Positions 10,120-20,803 are shown, numbered from the stretch's first letter. The stretch is 64,000 nucleotides of DNA from Bacillota bacterium (GCA_023435745.1 JAEZMD010000007.1:106738-170737), one strand, 5' to 3'. Numbers and translations are program-made. Notes: a model not told the origin generated them from the sequence alone.

Positions 10120-11010
10120 CTACACCTCCTCATTATTCTTTCTGTTAAGATAGTTAACACCTTGCGTTACCAGCAGAATAAAGAACATCATCATAACGGC
10201 AAGAAGACTTGCATAGCCGTACCGCCAATCATAAAATGCTGTTTGATAGGTATACAGGGATAAAACATATGTTGCACGTCCCGGGCCTCCCATAGTGAGA
10301 ACAGTTGGCATGTCATACACCTTAAAGGTATTATTCAGACATAATATAACCGACATGATTGTTACAGGACGCAATATGGGCATCAGGATACGCTTTATTG
10401 TCTGGAGAGTGCTGGCCCCATCGATTCTTGCTGCCTCTTCCAATTCCTTCGGAAATGCAACAATACCTGCATAAAAAATCACTGTATAGTACCCTATACT
10501 TCGCCAAATATCTGCAATGCACAAGGCGCCCAGAGCTGTTGCACTCGATCCTATCCAGGATTTAACCATGGATTCCAGGCCTACTGCTGCGAGTAAACCA
10601 TTTAATAACCCGTAATTCGGCTGTATCTCATATATCTTTGAAAATAGAGCTGCTACACCAACTGCGGGTATAACGACCGGCATATAGATCATGGTGCGCG
10701 ATAAATTAACAAAACGCTTCATCCCATATTTCAAAAACAAAGCTGTAAGCAATCCAAGCACAAGCTGTCCTGTTGCCGTAATCAGCACATATTTGATAGT
10801 AGTGGTTAAACTTCCGATAAACACCTTGTCCGCAAACAGCTTTGAAAAATTAGAAAAACCTGTGAACTTAAAGTCTAGGCCGGGAACTCCGTCAAAAAAC
10901 GAGAAATATAAAGATTGGCAAATCGGGTAAAAGGTAAACACTATATATACTAAAAGTGTTGGCAATATAAATACTATAATAGCTTTCTTGTCTCGTAATA
11001 GTTGATTCAT
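10120..11010 (-). CDS. Carbohydrate ABC transporter permease
   Basis: 296 aa, MalF-like, with an EAA-loop-like ELEEAARIDGAS. Confidence 0.9.
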   Translation of the reverse strand: MNQLLRDKKAIIVFILPTLLVYIVFTFYPICQSLYFSFFDGVPGLDFKFTGFSNFSKLFADKVFIGSLTTTIKYVLITATGQLVLGLLTALFLKYGMKRFVNLSRTMIYMPVVIPAVGVAALFSKIYEIQPNYGLLNGLLAAVGLESMVKSWIGSSATALGALCIADIWRSIGYYTVIFYAGIVAFPKELEEAARIDGASTLQTIKRILMPILRPVTIMSVILCLNNTFKVYDMPTVLTMGGPGRATYVLSLYTYQTAFYDWRYGYASLLAVMMMFFILLVTQGVNYLNRKNNEEV

Positions 11011-11097
11011 TTGAGCACTCCTTGTTATATATCTGCATCGGGGACATGTTTATATGTCCCCGATGCAGATGTTTGCGGCACCTAAACCAGCCGATGT

Positions 11098-12489
11098 TTA
11101 TTTTTTCAAGTCTTCTTCTATTGCTGCCGCTATAATCTCGCAGAATTGTTCCGGAGTAATGGCGCCCTCAGAAAGCAGCTGCCCTTCCTGAAATGCTTTT
11201 GTAGTAACGGCAGTTGACATATTGCCTTCAAACCAGGTCAATTGATATTCCATTGTGTTATAATAATCCATTATGTCGTTCATTAAAGGCGGGAAGCCAT
11301 CCGGCATCTCTACCTTATACGGTGAAATGGCTCCAAGTTCCCAAAGGTACTGGCCTATATTACTGACAAGAGCTTTAAGAACACCGTGATTTGTGCCTTC
11401 CTCGAACTTTGTCTTTCCAAAGCAAAGTGCCTGTCCCGGGTTTACAATAGCCATTTTTCGTCCATCTTCCTTGGTTTTTGAAGCCTCCATATTGGGCATG
11501 TTGAAGACACCGATGGCATCCGTCCCGATCTTATTGATTTCTGGATTCATAAGAGATGCTACGATAGTTCCTGTGTAATATATCATGGCTGTTTTGCCTG
11601 TCAGGAACATATTGATGGATGTAGAAACATCAATTGAATTCCAGCCTTCTCCGAAATACCCCTTCTGGAACAATCTCTGCATGTACCCGGTTGCCTCCGC
11701 ATAGCCCTCATCCCTGAAAGTAACTCCGTTTTTCATTGTGGAAGCATTTATAACAGCATCATGCCCGAGCATTCTGGTCATTGCCAACACGACCCAACGT
11801 GTAACCGGCCATTGGCCTGCACCACCTGCAACCATAGGCTGAATGCCGGCTGCTTTGAGCTTTTCACAGACAGCTTCGAATTCTTCCCATGTTTCAGGAA
11901 TTTTAATATTATTAGCTGCAAATATTTCTTTGTTATACCAAACACCGCTTATTGCATAACGGGTCGGCAGATAATAATATGGTCTGCCGTTTATAACATT
12001 CATTCCGCCTTTTGCACCATCTGCAACTATATCGTCATAATTAAACCCGAGTTCCTTAACAGCCTCCTCCATGTTGGCAATCCCGCCGGATTGAATGATA
12101 TTCTGCATTGCCCCGCCCGCCTCGGTAGTAAAAAAGTCGGGCACATCATTGGATGCTATAAGAAGTGATATTTTACCTGGTATATCCATTTGCTCAACCA
12201 CTTCGTAGTCATACGTGTAATTTGGGTTTTCAGCGACATAATCCTTCAGAACACGGCCAAAAACATAGCCGTAGTCACCCTTGTCATCCATAGCTCTTGA
12301 AGTGATGACATGGATATTGTAAGGTTTTCCTTCGGGTGCCGGCTCTGAGCTCTTGGCAGGCTCACTTCCCGTTTTGTCGACTGATGGTGAAGTTTTTGGA
12401 TCATTACCTGATGATGAACACGCTGCAAATAATCCCATTACGATAAATGCTACGAGGAATAATGATACTAAACGCATTGTTTTTTTCAC
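11098..12489 (-). CDS. Extracellular sugar-binding lipoprotein of ABC transporter
   Basis: 463 aa. Signal peptide with lipobox LFAAC followed by an S/P-rich linker; SBP family-1-like. Confidence 0.9.
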   Translation of the reverse strand: MKKTMRLVSLFLVAFIVMGLFAACSSSGNDPKTSPSVDKTGSEPAKSSEPAPEGKPYNIHVITSRAMDDKGDYGYVFGRVLKDYVAENPNYTYDYEVVEQMDIPGKISLLIASNDVPDFFTTEAGGAMQNIIQSGGIANMEEAVKELGFNYDDIVADGAKGGMNVINGRPYYYLPTRYAISGVWYNKEIFAANNIKIPETWEEFEAVCEKLKAAGIQPMVAGGAGQWPVTRWVVLAMTRMLGHDAVINASTMKNGVTFRDEGYAEATGYMQRLFQKGYFGEGWNSIDVSTSINMFLTGKTAMIYYTGTIVASLMNPEINKIGTDAIGVFNMPNMEASKTKEDGRKMAIVNPGQALCFGKTKFEEGTNHGVLKALVSNIGQYLWELGAISPYKVEMPDGFPPLMNDIMDYYNTMEYQLTWFEGNMSTAVTTKAFQEGQLLSEGAITPEQFCEIIAAAIEEDLKK

Positions 12490-12677
12490 GATCTGTTTCC
12501 TCCCAAATTAAGAAATTTTAACATTATAAAGCTTACGGTATCCAGTAGTCTATCCTTACTTACGGTCGGCCCTCAGGTCTGATCCGACACAATTAACCTC
12601 TTTATCCCCCCCCTTCGAATTAAATCAGCAAACCATCATAATTAAGGTAAACCACTAAGAAATTTTATCTACTCAAT

Positions 12678-14210
12678 CTATTTTTTAATGTTTAGTCTAA
12701 TCAGATTGATGGAGTGCTTTTTTGCTTTAAATATACAGCATTGGTCTGCAATGTTCGGTGCTGGAATTTCCCTGATTACAACTGCTTGTGGATCAGATAC
12801 TGTATTTGCCGCATTTACATCCTCGTGATAAATCTCAAAAGCTGTATTGCCAGTGTTTGAAATGATTTCACCATAAAAATCTATTTTTACGTCTATGTCT
12901 TCGTCAGGATGCTTGTTAACCAGAGAAATAAATACCCTTCCGTCGTGATCGCCTGTCACTGCTGCATCGATATAAGGTACTGTAGCTAAAGAATCCTGAT
13001 TATTGTCAATATTGTCCAGCTTCAATCTTGGCCTCTGACGCAGCGACTTTGGATCAATTGGCTGCACTACGGTAAAATTGTCGCACATAACATCGGAATT
13101 GTAAAAAATCTCTCCCGTATTATTGCTGAGCAAATCGAAAACATGGTATTGAGGCCTTAATACTAACTCATCCCCTTCAACCCTGACAGCTCCGTTTATA
13201 TTGATAAAAGCTGAGTAGTTTGCCATACCTACCGTATTGCAGTTGCGGATAAACATATTTATGATCGAGGCTGTAACAATTGCATTCTGCAGGTCATAAT
13301 TCCTGTCATCTGTTACGCCATCTATCTTCCAACCGTACATGTTCCATTCATCCCACGCAACCTTGATCCTGCTGCGACAGTTGTCGTTTGTTGCAGTCAT
13401 TATTGCTGCAACCGTAATATCCGTGAGCCTTTGCATATGCTCAGGTATATACATGCACTCCAGATAGTTGTTTTTGTCAAATATTCCCCAACCGCACGAA
13501 TAATGATGCGCCGAAACATAATCGATCAAATAGTTCAATTTCTTAAGTATGACGGTATTCCAATCCGAATTTTTTTCATATCCGCTTGCAATAAGCTTAA
13601 TACTGTTATCTACCCACCTCATTGCTTTGGCAAAATCAAAAGCAGCCTTAGCGTATTCTTCAGCATCCATATGGCACATTTGCCAGTCAGAGTACATTTC
13701 ATTGCCAAGACCCCAATATTTAACATTAAAAGGTTGTTCATATCCATGTTTTCTTCGCAGATTGGCATAATAAGTATCACCAGTTCCATTACAGTATTCC
13801 ACCCAGTGCATTGCCTCTTCAGCAGTACCGCTTCCCATATTTACACACAGGCAGGGTTCTGCTCCCAATTTTCGGCACAATTCAATAAAATCGGCTGTGC
13901 CAAATTGATTACTTTCTTCCGCCTGCCATGCGTAATCGAACATCTTTCTGCGGTCTTCCTTCGGTCCAATTCCATCCTCCCAGTGGTAATTCGATACAAA
14001 ATTACCGCCCGGATAACGAAGTATTGATGGCTTGACCTTTTTAAGAAGTGCGACGGTATCTTCCCTTTGACCATCGGAACAAGCATTTTTATTGCCTGGA
14101 TCATAAATTCCGCCGTAAATGTTTCCAAATGCATGCTCCAAAAAATGACCAAATATCTTGTGATCTACAGTACCGGCATTTTTTTTTAGATTTACTAAAA
14201 TTTTTGCCAT
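12678..14210 (-). CDS. GH51 alpha-L-arabinofuranosidase
   Basis: MAKILVNLKKNAGTVDHKIFGHFLEHAFGNIYGGIYDP..., WGLGNEM and WDEWN motifs. The ATG at 14210 is preceded by GGAGGACAAT. The longer track ORF (to 14315) reads through the operator sites. Confidence 0.85.
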   Translation of the reverse strand: MAKILVNLKKNAGTVDHKIFGHFLEHAFGNIYGGIYDPGNKNACSDGQREDTVALLKKVKPSILRYPGGNFVSNYHWEDGIGPKEDRRKMFDYAWQAEESNQFGTADFIELCRKLGAEPCLCVNMGSGTAEEAMHWVEYCNGTGDTYYANLRRKHGYEQPFNVKYWGLGNEMYSDWQMCHMDAEEYAKAAFDFAKAMRWVDNSIKLIASGYEKNSDWNTVILKKLNYLIDYVSAHHYSCGWGIFDKNNYLECMYIPEHMQRLTDITVAAIMTATNDNCRSRIKVAWDEWNMYGWKIDGVTDDRNYDLQNAIVTASIINMFIRNCNTVGMANYSAFININGAVRVEGDELVLRPQYHVFDLLSNNTGEIFYNSDVMCDNFTVVQPIDPKSLRQRPRLKLDNIDNNQDSLATVPYIDAAVTGDHDGRVFISLVNKHPDEDIDVKIDFYGEIISNTGNTAFEIYHEDVNAANTVSDPQAVVIREIPAPNIADQCCIFKAKKHSINLIRLNIKK

Positions 14211-14252
14211 ATTGTCCTCCTGAATTTTATTGAGTATTCTGAATCGTTTTAT

Positions 14253-14264
14253 GTGTGCGCACAC
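14253..14264. promoter_or_regulatory. Operator copy 1: perfect palindrome GTGTGCGCACAC
   Basis: Seen in the sequence, in the 5' leader of the GH51/ABC operon. The same 12-mer recurs at 17153. Confidence 0.6.
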
Positions 14265-14305
14265 GAAATGACTTATAAAAAAATATGTTTTCCACAAAAT
14301 TTTAT

Positions 14306-14317
14306 GTGTACGCACAC
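14306..14317. promoter_or_regulatory. Operator copy 2: GTGTACGCACAC (one mismatch)
   Basis: Lies just downstream of the -10 of the GH51 promoter. The shared extended context is ATGTGT(G/A)CGCACACG. Confidence 0.55.
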
Positions 14318-14329
14318 GTTCATAATAAT

Positions 14330-14358
14330 ATTGTATAGTAACACTGTTTTTTTGTCAA
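14330..14358 (-). promoter_or_regulatory. Sigma-A-like promoter of the GH51/ABC/isomerase/kinase operon
   Basis: On the minus strand: TTGACA (14353-14358), a 17-nt spacer, then TACAAT (14330-14335). Confidence 0.6.
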
Positions 14359-14392
14359 CCAAATCGGCAACAATTGTAATATTTTTATCCTC

Positions 14393-16048
14393 TTATATAG
14401 GCATCGGATTATGGTTTATGTAAATCAATATTGAAATAATGACAGCAACAGCAATTGAATATATAATAACAGGTACCGCATTCCTCATTATGATCCTGCC
14501 TTCATTACCTTCCGCGCCAACAGTAGCACATGCAGCCACAACATTATTGACACATATCATATTACCTATCGATCCTCCGATAACCTGCAGCGTTATTATA
14601 TAAACCTCTGGCATACTTAGTATTGAAGCGGTTTCGAACTGCAAGGACGAGAACAAAATATTTGAGACTGTGTTTGAACCTGAAATAAAGGCACCCAATA
14701 CTCCAATAAACGGCGATACGAAAGGATAAGCCATACCTGACAAATCAGCAAGAGAGCTAGCAAGAACCGTTAACATACTCTCGAGTCCTGCTCTATTTAC
14801 AGAAGAGTTCAGCATGAGCTGCACCATCGCTACGCCTGCAAATAGTGCCACAGCCGGTCCTGTTACCTGCTTGAAAGTGGTCGTCCATGACGATTTTACC
14901 CTGTTCCAACGCATTTTAAAGATAAAATGAGACAATACTGCAACAAGTATGAATGGAATAACTCCTGGCAGATAAGCCCACTTCAGTGAATAGTCAAGCC
15001 CTTCAACATTCAGTATGCTTCCTATGGTGATTTTCTGCGATGAGAGAATGCCCTTCAATCCCAGTGATGGAATTCGGGTAATTAAAAGAATTACAGCTAT
15101 AATAATATACGGAAGCCATACTTTAATTAGCGAATAATTCCCTTCTTCGTTTTCCTCGATAATAATATTTGCTTTCCAGTTATTTTCCCATTCTGATTCT
15201 CCGGGAAAATCCCAGATCGTTTTAGGCATTAAAAAGCCTTTTCTTGCAGCAGTAATCACAATGGCGAGTCCTGTAAATGCTCCCACAAGCGAAGGGAGCT
15301 CCGGCCCAAAAAGCATTGCAGTGGCAGCATACGGAATTACAAAGGCAAAGCCTGAAAACAATGCAAAAGGTATGACTTCCAACGCAGGCTTAAAGGAACG
15401 TTCCTTACCAAAGAATTTAGTCATCATGGCTACCCCTATCAAAGGGATGAATATACCTACTGCTCCGTGAGTTAATGCTATATATTTGGTTGCAGCCATT
15501 TCGAAAGCCTCATGGTTTGCCCCAACTGCCGAAAGGTTTCCCGCTATTGTACTGAATGCCGCCAAAGTTGGAGTTCCAACCACTCCGAATGCCACTGGAG
15601 TGCTATTGTAAATAAGGGCAACCATTGCTGCCGCTAGCGGCGGAAACCCTAATCCAACCAGAAGAGGACCCGCGAGTGCCGCCGGAGTTCCAAATCCGGC
15701 CGCTCCCTCAATAAAAGCGCCAAACATCCACCCTATGATTATTGCTTGGATTCTCCGGTCTTTAGTAATACTTGCAAAGCCCCTGTTTATAACGGACATT
15801 GCTCCGGATTGCTTTAGCGTATTCAGGACAAGTATTGCTCCGAATATTACTATTATTACATCCAGTGAACTTAATACTCCAAAAATCGAATATGCAAGAA
15901 TATGATGCAAGTCCATCTTCCAAACAAATAACGCCAGCACTGCAGTTATCAGCCATACTACCGGAAGCGCCTTACGTGCCGACCAGTTAGCGAAAGTCAT
16001 TAATACAACAGCTATAAGAATTGGTATTACTGCAACTAATGCATACAT
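14393..16048 (-). CDS. lctP: LctP-family (L-lactate/glycolate) permease
   Basis: 551 aa, polytopic, with a typical LctP N-terminus and length. Confidence 0.85.
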   Translation of the reverse strand: MYALVAVIPILIAVVLMTFANWSARKALPVVWLITAVLALFVWKMDLHHILAYSIFGVLSSLDVIIVIFGAILVLNTLKQSGAMSVINRGFASITKDRRIQAIIIGWMFGAFIEGAAGFGTPAALAGPLLVGLGFPPLAAAMVALIYNSTPVAFGVVGTPTLAAFSTIAGNLSAVGANHEAFEMAATKYIALTHGAVGIFIPLIGVAMMTKFFGKERSFKPALEVIPFALFSGFAFVIPYAATAMLFGPELPSLVGAFTGLAIVITAARKGFLMPKTIWDFPGESEWENNWKANIIIEENEEGNYSLIKVWLPYIIIAVILLITRIPSLGLKGILSSQKITIGSILNVEGLDYSLKWAYLPGVIPFILVAVLSHFIFKMRWNRVKSSWTTTFKQVTGPAVALFAGVAMVQLMLNSSVNRAGLESMLTVLASSLADLSGMAYPFVSPFIGVLGAFISGSNTVSNILFSSLQFETASILSMPEVYIITLQVIGGSIGNMICVNNVVAACATVGAEGNEGRIIMRNAVPVIIYSIAVAVIISILIYINHNPMPI

Positions 16049-16104
16049 AGCTAGTTCCCCCTGGTAAAATTTAAGCTGCCTTATTACTAGAAAGAGGAGG
16101 TGTT

Positions 16105-17097
16105 CTAAAGTGTTTCACCCTCAATAAACTCATAATCGTTAAGTTGATTCATTACCGCTTCACTGCCCTGTATCAGATCGTATAAAACACTGAACAATTT
16201 GTATCCCATGTTTTTTTCATTATAATCTACCGTTGCTAGTCTGGGTGAAATATATTGCAGCATATCAATATTGTCAAATCCCATTACTCCTAGCTGATCA
16301 GGAATTCTTATACCGTTTTTACTGCAGGTTTCCATCACTCCCAACGCATATGTGTCATTATTACAAAGAATAGCTGTCTTCATATTTTTTGATTTTTCTA
16401 TTATAAAAGGTATATCTATCTTTTTACTTTCCAGAATAATTGGCTCTTTTTGAACACCTGTCTTCTTTATTCCATCCAGATATCCCAATAAACGCTGCTC
16501 GAGAGAGTATACATTTAACCCTGCCTTTCTTTTCGATGTAATATTTACAGTGTTGAAGATGATCTGCTGATATCCTTTATCTACCATCCTGCATGTTGCT
16601 TTACACATGATCTCCCGCTCATTAACACCAATATATACAAAATCGTCGGATATCTTGTTATATATAGTAATTACAGGTACATTAAGACCTTTTAACTGTG
16701 CAATGTATTCAGAACCCTGTCCGACTGGAAAAATGATCAAGCCATCCACTTTACGACTTGCAAGATACTGGATGCCATCCAATTCCTTCTTCAAATCCCC
16801 ATGTGTAAGTATTAATGTTATAAAATACTCCTTTTCTTTAGCTGCAGCTTCAACTATATCAACCAATTCGGCAAAAAAATTATTCTGCAGATCAAAACAA
16901 ATAATACCAATTGTCATCGTTTTCCCGGTTGCAAGACTCTGTGCAACCCTGTTTGGTTTATATCTCAACTCATTAGCTACCTGAAGTATCCTCTGCTTAG
17001 TAGCTTCATTTATTCCCTTCCTGCTATTTAAGGCACGGTCAACAGAACCTTCGGACACATTGCATGCCCTGGCAATATCTTTAATCGTAGCAGACAA
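16105..17097 (-). CDS. LacI-family transcriptional regulator
   Basis: [49 protein letters not shown] is the HTH, followed by a PBP1-type sensor domain. Confidence 0.9.
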   Translation of the reverse strand: MSATIKDIARACNVSEGSVDRALNSRKGINEATKQRILQVANELRYKPNRVAQSLATGKTMTIGIICFDLQNNFFAELVDIVEAAAKEKEYFITLILTHGDLKKELDGIQYLASRKVDGLIIFPVGQGSEYIAQLKGLNVPVITIYNKISDDFVYIGVNEREIMCKATCRMVDKGYQQIIFNTVNITSKRKAGLNVYSLEQRLLGYLDGIKKTGVQKEPIILESKKIDIPFIIEKSKNMKTAILCNNDTYALGVMETCSKNGIRIPDQLGVMGFDNIDMLQYISPRLATVDYNEKNMGYKLFSVLYDLIQGSEAVMNQLNDYEFIEGETL

Positions 17098-17152
17098 CTA
17101 ATACTTTCCTCCTCTTTTAACCGGGTAATTTTATTTGGATAGTTTACATATT

Positions 17153-17164
17153 GTGTGCGCACAC
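17153..17164. promoter_or_regulatory. Operator copy 3: perfect palindrome GTGTGCGCACAC
   Basis: Lies immediately downstream of the -10 of the LacI/lctP promoter, which implies autoregulation. Confidence 0.6.
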
Positions 17165-17168
17165 GTAA

Positions 17169-17197
17169 ATGATATTACAGAAATATTAGCTTGTCAA
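17169..17197 (-). promoter_or_regulatory. Sigma-A-like promoter of the LacI-lctP unit
   Basis: On the minus strand: TTGACA (17192-17197), a 17-nt spacer, then TATCAT (17169-17174). Confidence 0.6.
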
Positions 17198-17263
17198 GTA
17201 CAATTTTACACTACCTTCTAACCAAAATCAGAAACACTTGACAGTATAATTTTGCATTAACTT

Positions 17264-18934
17264 CTAATCATCAATCAGTTCATCGATCGGTGCTCCGGGT
17301 GGAACAATCGGGAAAACCATATCATCCATACCAATCTCAAAGTTAATCAGAACAGGTCTGTCAGTTGAAGCCAGAGCCCTTTTAATTGCAGGATCCACTT
17401 CATCGGCCGACCGCACGTTGATCCCGACTGCGCCAAACGCCTGAGCCAACGCCACAAAGTCAGTGCCCCTGTCTATTGTCGTTGCAGAATGCCTGCCTCC
17501 GTAAAACAGTGTCTGCCACTGCCTGACCATACCCAGCACATGATTGTTCAAAATTGCAATGATCACAGGCAGCTTGTATTCGACAGCCGTGGCAAGCTCG
17601 GTGCAGTTCATTCTAAAGCTGCCGTCTCCGGCAATATTGATCACTTTCTTTTCCGGTCTTCCGATCTGTGCTCCAATGCATGCGCCAAGTCCATAGCCCA
17701 TCGTACCCAGTCCTCCCGACGAGATAAACTGTCTTGGTCTGGTGTATTTATAGAACTGAGCAGCCCAGAGCTGATTCTGTCCTACCTCGGTGGTGATCAG
17801 CGCCTCGCCTCCCGTTAATTCATATAGTCTTTCAACAATGAAGTGCGGCTTGAGCGAGCTGTCCTGATCATACTTCAGAGGGTACTGCTCCTTCCATCCC
17901 GCTATTTTATCATTCCACTCAGAGCTCTGCCGTAGCTCGAGCCTTTCTGTGAGTTCGCGGAGTATTTCCCTCACATTTCCAATCAATGGATAATGAACGT
18001 TGATATTCTTTCCGATCTCGGCGGGATCGATATCTATATGCATGATTTTCGCATCAGGCGCAAATCTGTTGACATTACTGATTACCCGGTCGCTGAATCT
18101 CGCACCGATGGCAATGAAAAGATCCGACTCTGAAACCGCCATATTTGAAGTTCTGCTGCCATGCATGCCCACCAGACCGGTAAACATCTCATGAGTGCCC
18201 GGGAATGAACCCAGCCCCATCAAAGTGGTTGCAACAGGGATTTTAGCCTTCTCAGCCAGCGCCAGCATCTCCGCATCGGCACGTGCAATGGAAACACCGC
18301 CGCCGGACAGTATAATCGGCCGCTTTGCAGCACGAATGATGGCTGCAGCTTCGTTCAATGCCCCCGGCGTTACGCCAATGGGCGGATATTCGATATCTTC
18401 CGGCTTTACCGGTTCATATTCAGTAACAGCTGCAGTGACATCCTTGCAGATATCGATCAGCACCGGCCCAGGACGGCCGCTTGCTGCTATTCTGAACGCA
18501 TCGCGGACTATTCCCGCCAGTTTCGTTACGTCCTTGACAATATAATTGTGTTTTGTCACAGGCATCGTTATCCCGGTGATATCGACCTCCTGGAAGGAAT
18601 CCTTCCCCAGGAGCGCCGTAGATACCTGTCCCGTGATGGCAACCATGGGCACGGAGTCCATATAGGCCGTTGCTATGCCGGTAACCAGATTGGTTGCACC
18701 GGGACCGGAGGTGGCAATACACACACCGGTTTTCCCGGTAGCGCGGGCATATCCGTCCGCGGCATGAGACGCACCCTGTTCATGTGACGTCAGGATATGC
18801 CTGATCTCCTTTTGAGCCGTATACAGCGCATCATATATGTTGAGCACAGCACCTCCCGGAAATCCGAAGACCGTGTCGACCCCTTGCTCTTTCAAACACT
18901 CTACCAATATTTCAGAACCTGTTAATTTCATCAT
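17264..18934 (-). CDS. ilvB: Acetolactate synthase large (catalytic) subunit
   Basis: 556 aa. TPP enzyme with MKLTGSEILVECLKEQGVDTVFGFPGG and GDGSFRMN motifs. No small-subunit gene is adjacent. Confidence 0.9.
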   Translation of the reverse strand: MMKLTGSEILVECLKEQGVDTVFGFPGGAVLNIYDALYTAQKEIRHILTSHEQGASHAADGYARATGKTGVCIATSGPGATNLVTGIATAYMDSVPMVAITGQVSTALLGKDSFQEVDITGITMPVTKHNYIVKDVTKLAGIVRDAFRIAASGRPGPVLIDICKDVTAAVTEYEPVKPEDIEYPPIGVTPGALNEAAAIIRAAKRPIILSGGGVSIARADAEMLALAEKAKIPVATTLMGLGSFPGTHEMFTGLVGMHGSRTSNMAVSESDLFIAIGARFSDRVISNVNRFAPDAKIMHIDIDPAEIGKNINVHYPLIGNVREILRELTERLELRQSSEWNDKIAGWKEQYPLKYDQDSSLKPHFIVERLYELTGGEALITTEVGQNQLWAAQFYKYTRPRQFISSGGLGTMGYGLGACIGAQIGRPEKKVINIAGDGSFRMNCTELATAVEYKLPVIIAILNNHVLGMVRQWQTLFYGGRHSATTIDRGTDFVALAQAFGAVGINVRSADEVDPAIKRALASTDRPVLINFEIGMDDMVFPIVPPGAPIDELIDD

Positions 18935-18950
18935 TAATCCTCCATCCGAC

Positions 18951-20609
18951 CTACTTCAGTACTGCTCCTGTGCTGGCTGAAGTCACCAGCCTTGCGTACC
19001 TGCCCAGATAGCCTGTGGTGTTTCTGGGTGTCGGGGCTTTCCAGAGCGTCATCCTGTTCTTCAGTTCTTCGTCTGAAACTTCCGCATTCAGCTTTCCATC
19101 AGGGATATTGATGCAAATCATGTCGCCCTCGCGTACTGCCGCGATCATTCCGCCCTCCATCGCCTCGGGAGAAACATGTCCTATACTTGCGCCCCTGGAT
19201 GCGCCGGAAAATCTGCCGTCCGTGATTAAAGCCACGTCCTTGTCCAATCCCATGCCTGCGATTGCAGACGTCGGGCCGAGCATCTCCCTCATTCCGGGGC
19301 CGCCCTTCGGTCCCTCATAACGGATGATGACCACATCTCCCTTGAGAATCCTTCCCTCATATATGGCCTTAATGGCCTCCTCTTCAGAGTCGAACACTCT
19401 TGCAGGGCCTGTGTGCACCAACATTTCCTTCGCAACTGCTGAACGCTTGACAACCGCGCCGTCTCTGGCAATATTTCCGCGCAGAATGGCAATGCCGCCA
19501 GTCTTGCTGTACGGTTCCTCAATGCTCCTGATAACGTTCGGGTCTGTGATCCGGGCTGTTATGATGTTCTCTCCCACGGTTTTCCCTGTAGCCGTCATTA
19601 GCTCCAGATGCAGCAGATCCTTTCGGGAGAGCTCCTTCATGACGGCCTGAACGCCTCCGGCAGCATACAGATCCTGAATGTGATGCTCTCCGGCCGGCGA
19701 CAGCTTGCACAGGTTCGGCACCCTGCCGCTGATTTCATTTATTATATCCAGATTTATTTCGATGCCAAGTTCATGGGCAATGGCCGGCAGATGCAGCACT
19801 GAATTGGTCGAGCAGCCCAGCGCCATATCAACGGTCAGCGCATTTTCAAATGCCTTTTCGGTCATTATATCTGAAGGACGTATCCCTTTTTCCACCAGCT
19901 CCACGACCTTCATTCCCGCATGCTTGGCCAACCGGACCCTCTCGGCATACACCGCAGGGATTGTTCCGTTTCCTGTCAGCCCCATTCCGAGTACCTCTGT
20001 AAGGCAATTCATGGAGTTCGCCGTAAACATGCCGGAGCAGGAACCGCACCCGGGACATGCGTGATCTTCATATTCAGCAACCTCATCTTCCGTCATCAGC
20101 CCTGCCTTGCAAGCTCCTACCGCCTCAAAAACACTGTTGAGATCCAGTTGCTTTCCATTGCGGTTCAGCGACAGCATAGGGCCTCCGCTGACGACCACAG
20201 ACGGCACGTTGACCCTGGCGGCTGCCATCAGCATACCAGGCACGATCTTGTCGCAGTTTGGTATGAAGACCATGCCGTCAAGGCTGTGGGCGCGTCCCAT
20301 GGATTCGCAGGAATCGGCGATCAGCTCTCTGGAAGCCAGAGAGTATTTCATGCCCTCGTGACCCATGGCGATCCCGTCACAAATACCGATCGCGCCGAAT
20401 TCCACCGGCGTACCTCCGGCCATTCTGATACCGGCCTTAACTGCTTCTGCTATTGTATTTAGATGAATGTGCCCGGGCACAATGTCGTTCTTTGAATTAA
20501 CCACACCGATCAGCGGTCTGCCGATCTCCTCGTCCGTATACCCCATTGCCTTAAAAAGCGCCCTGTGCGGAGCTCTCTCCACACCCTTTTTCACAATATC
20601 GCTTTTCAA
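18951..20609 (-). CDS. ilvD: Dihydroxy-acid dehydratase
   Basis: [36 protein letters not shown] and other IlvD motifs. A TTG start at 20609 preceded by AAAGGCGGTG gives the canonical N-terminus. The 44-aa upstream extension in the track ORF is probably not translated. Confidence 0.9.
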   Translation of the reverse strand: MKSDIVKKGVERAPHRALFKAMGYTDEEIGRPLIGVVNSKNDIVPGHIHLNTIAEAVKAGIRMAGGTPVEFGAIGICDGIAMGHEGMKYSLASRELIADSCESMGRAHSLDGMVFIPNCDKIVPGMLMAAARVNVPSVVVSGGPMLSLNRNGKQLDLNSVFEAVGACKAGLMTEDEVAEYEDHACPGCGSCSGMFTANSMNCLTEVLGMGLTGNGTIPAVYAERVRLAKHAGMKVVELVEKGIRPSDIMTEKAFENALTVDMALGCSTNSVLHLPAIAHELGIEINLDIINEISGRVPNLCKLSPAGEHHIQDLYAAGGVQAVMKELSRKDLLHLELMTATGKTVGENIITARITDPNVIRSIEEPYSKTGGIAILRGNIARDGAVVKRSAVAKEMLVHTGPARVFDSEEEAIKAIYEGRILKGDVVIIRYEGPKGGPGMREMLGPTSAIAGMGLDKDVALITDGRFSGASRGASIGHVSPEAMEGGMIAAVREGDMICINIPDGKLNAEVSDEELKNRMTLWKAPTPRNTTGYLGRYARLVTSASTGAVLK

Positions 20610-20627
20610 ATTATTACACCGCCTTTC

Positions 20628-20667
20628 TTTGAAATAAGCAAATAGCCGGGTATTCTGTCTCCCGGCT
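20628..20667 (-). terminator. Hairpin AGCCGGG-N10-CCCGGCT plus U-rich tail; cvpA terminator or ilvD leader attenuator
   Basis: 7-bp GC-rich stem 20644-20650/20661-20667, followed on the minus strand by ATTTGCTTATTTC. It lies between cvpA and ilvD. Confidence 0.5.
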
Positions 20668-20803
20668 AACGTTAAAAACATTTTACTACGATTCAACTGG
20701 CTATGTCTATAAATAAATACAAAAAAGTTAGAAGCGTTCATTTTACAAACCGAATCAGCGCAAAATTCGTGAACCCTCTATCCGCCGCGCCATTACTGAT
20801 CCG

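Noticed and set aside
12490-12677. Possible terminator between the GH51 gene and the SBP gene
   Set aside because: Only a weak GTCGG/CCGAC pairing without a U-tract is present, so the genes are more likely co-transcribed.
13431-14027. 198-aa plus-strand ORF antisense to the GH51 gene
   Set aside because: Shadow ORF within a confidently assigned glycoside hydrolase gene.
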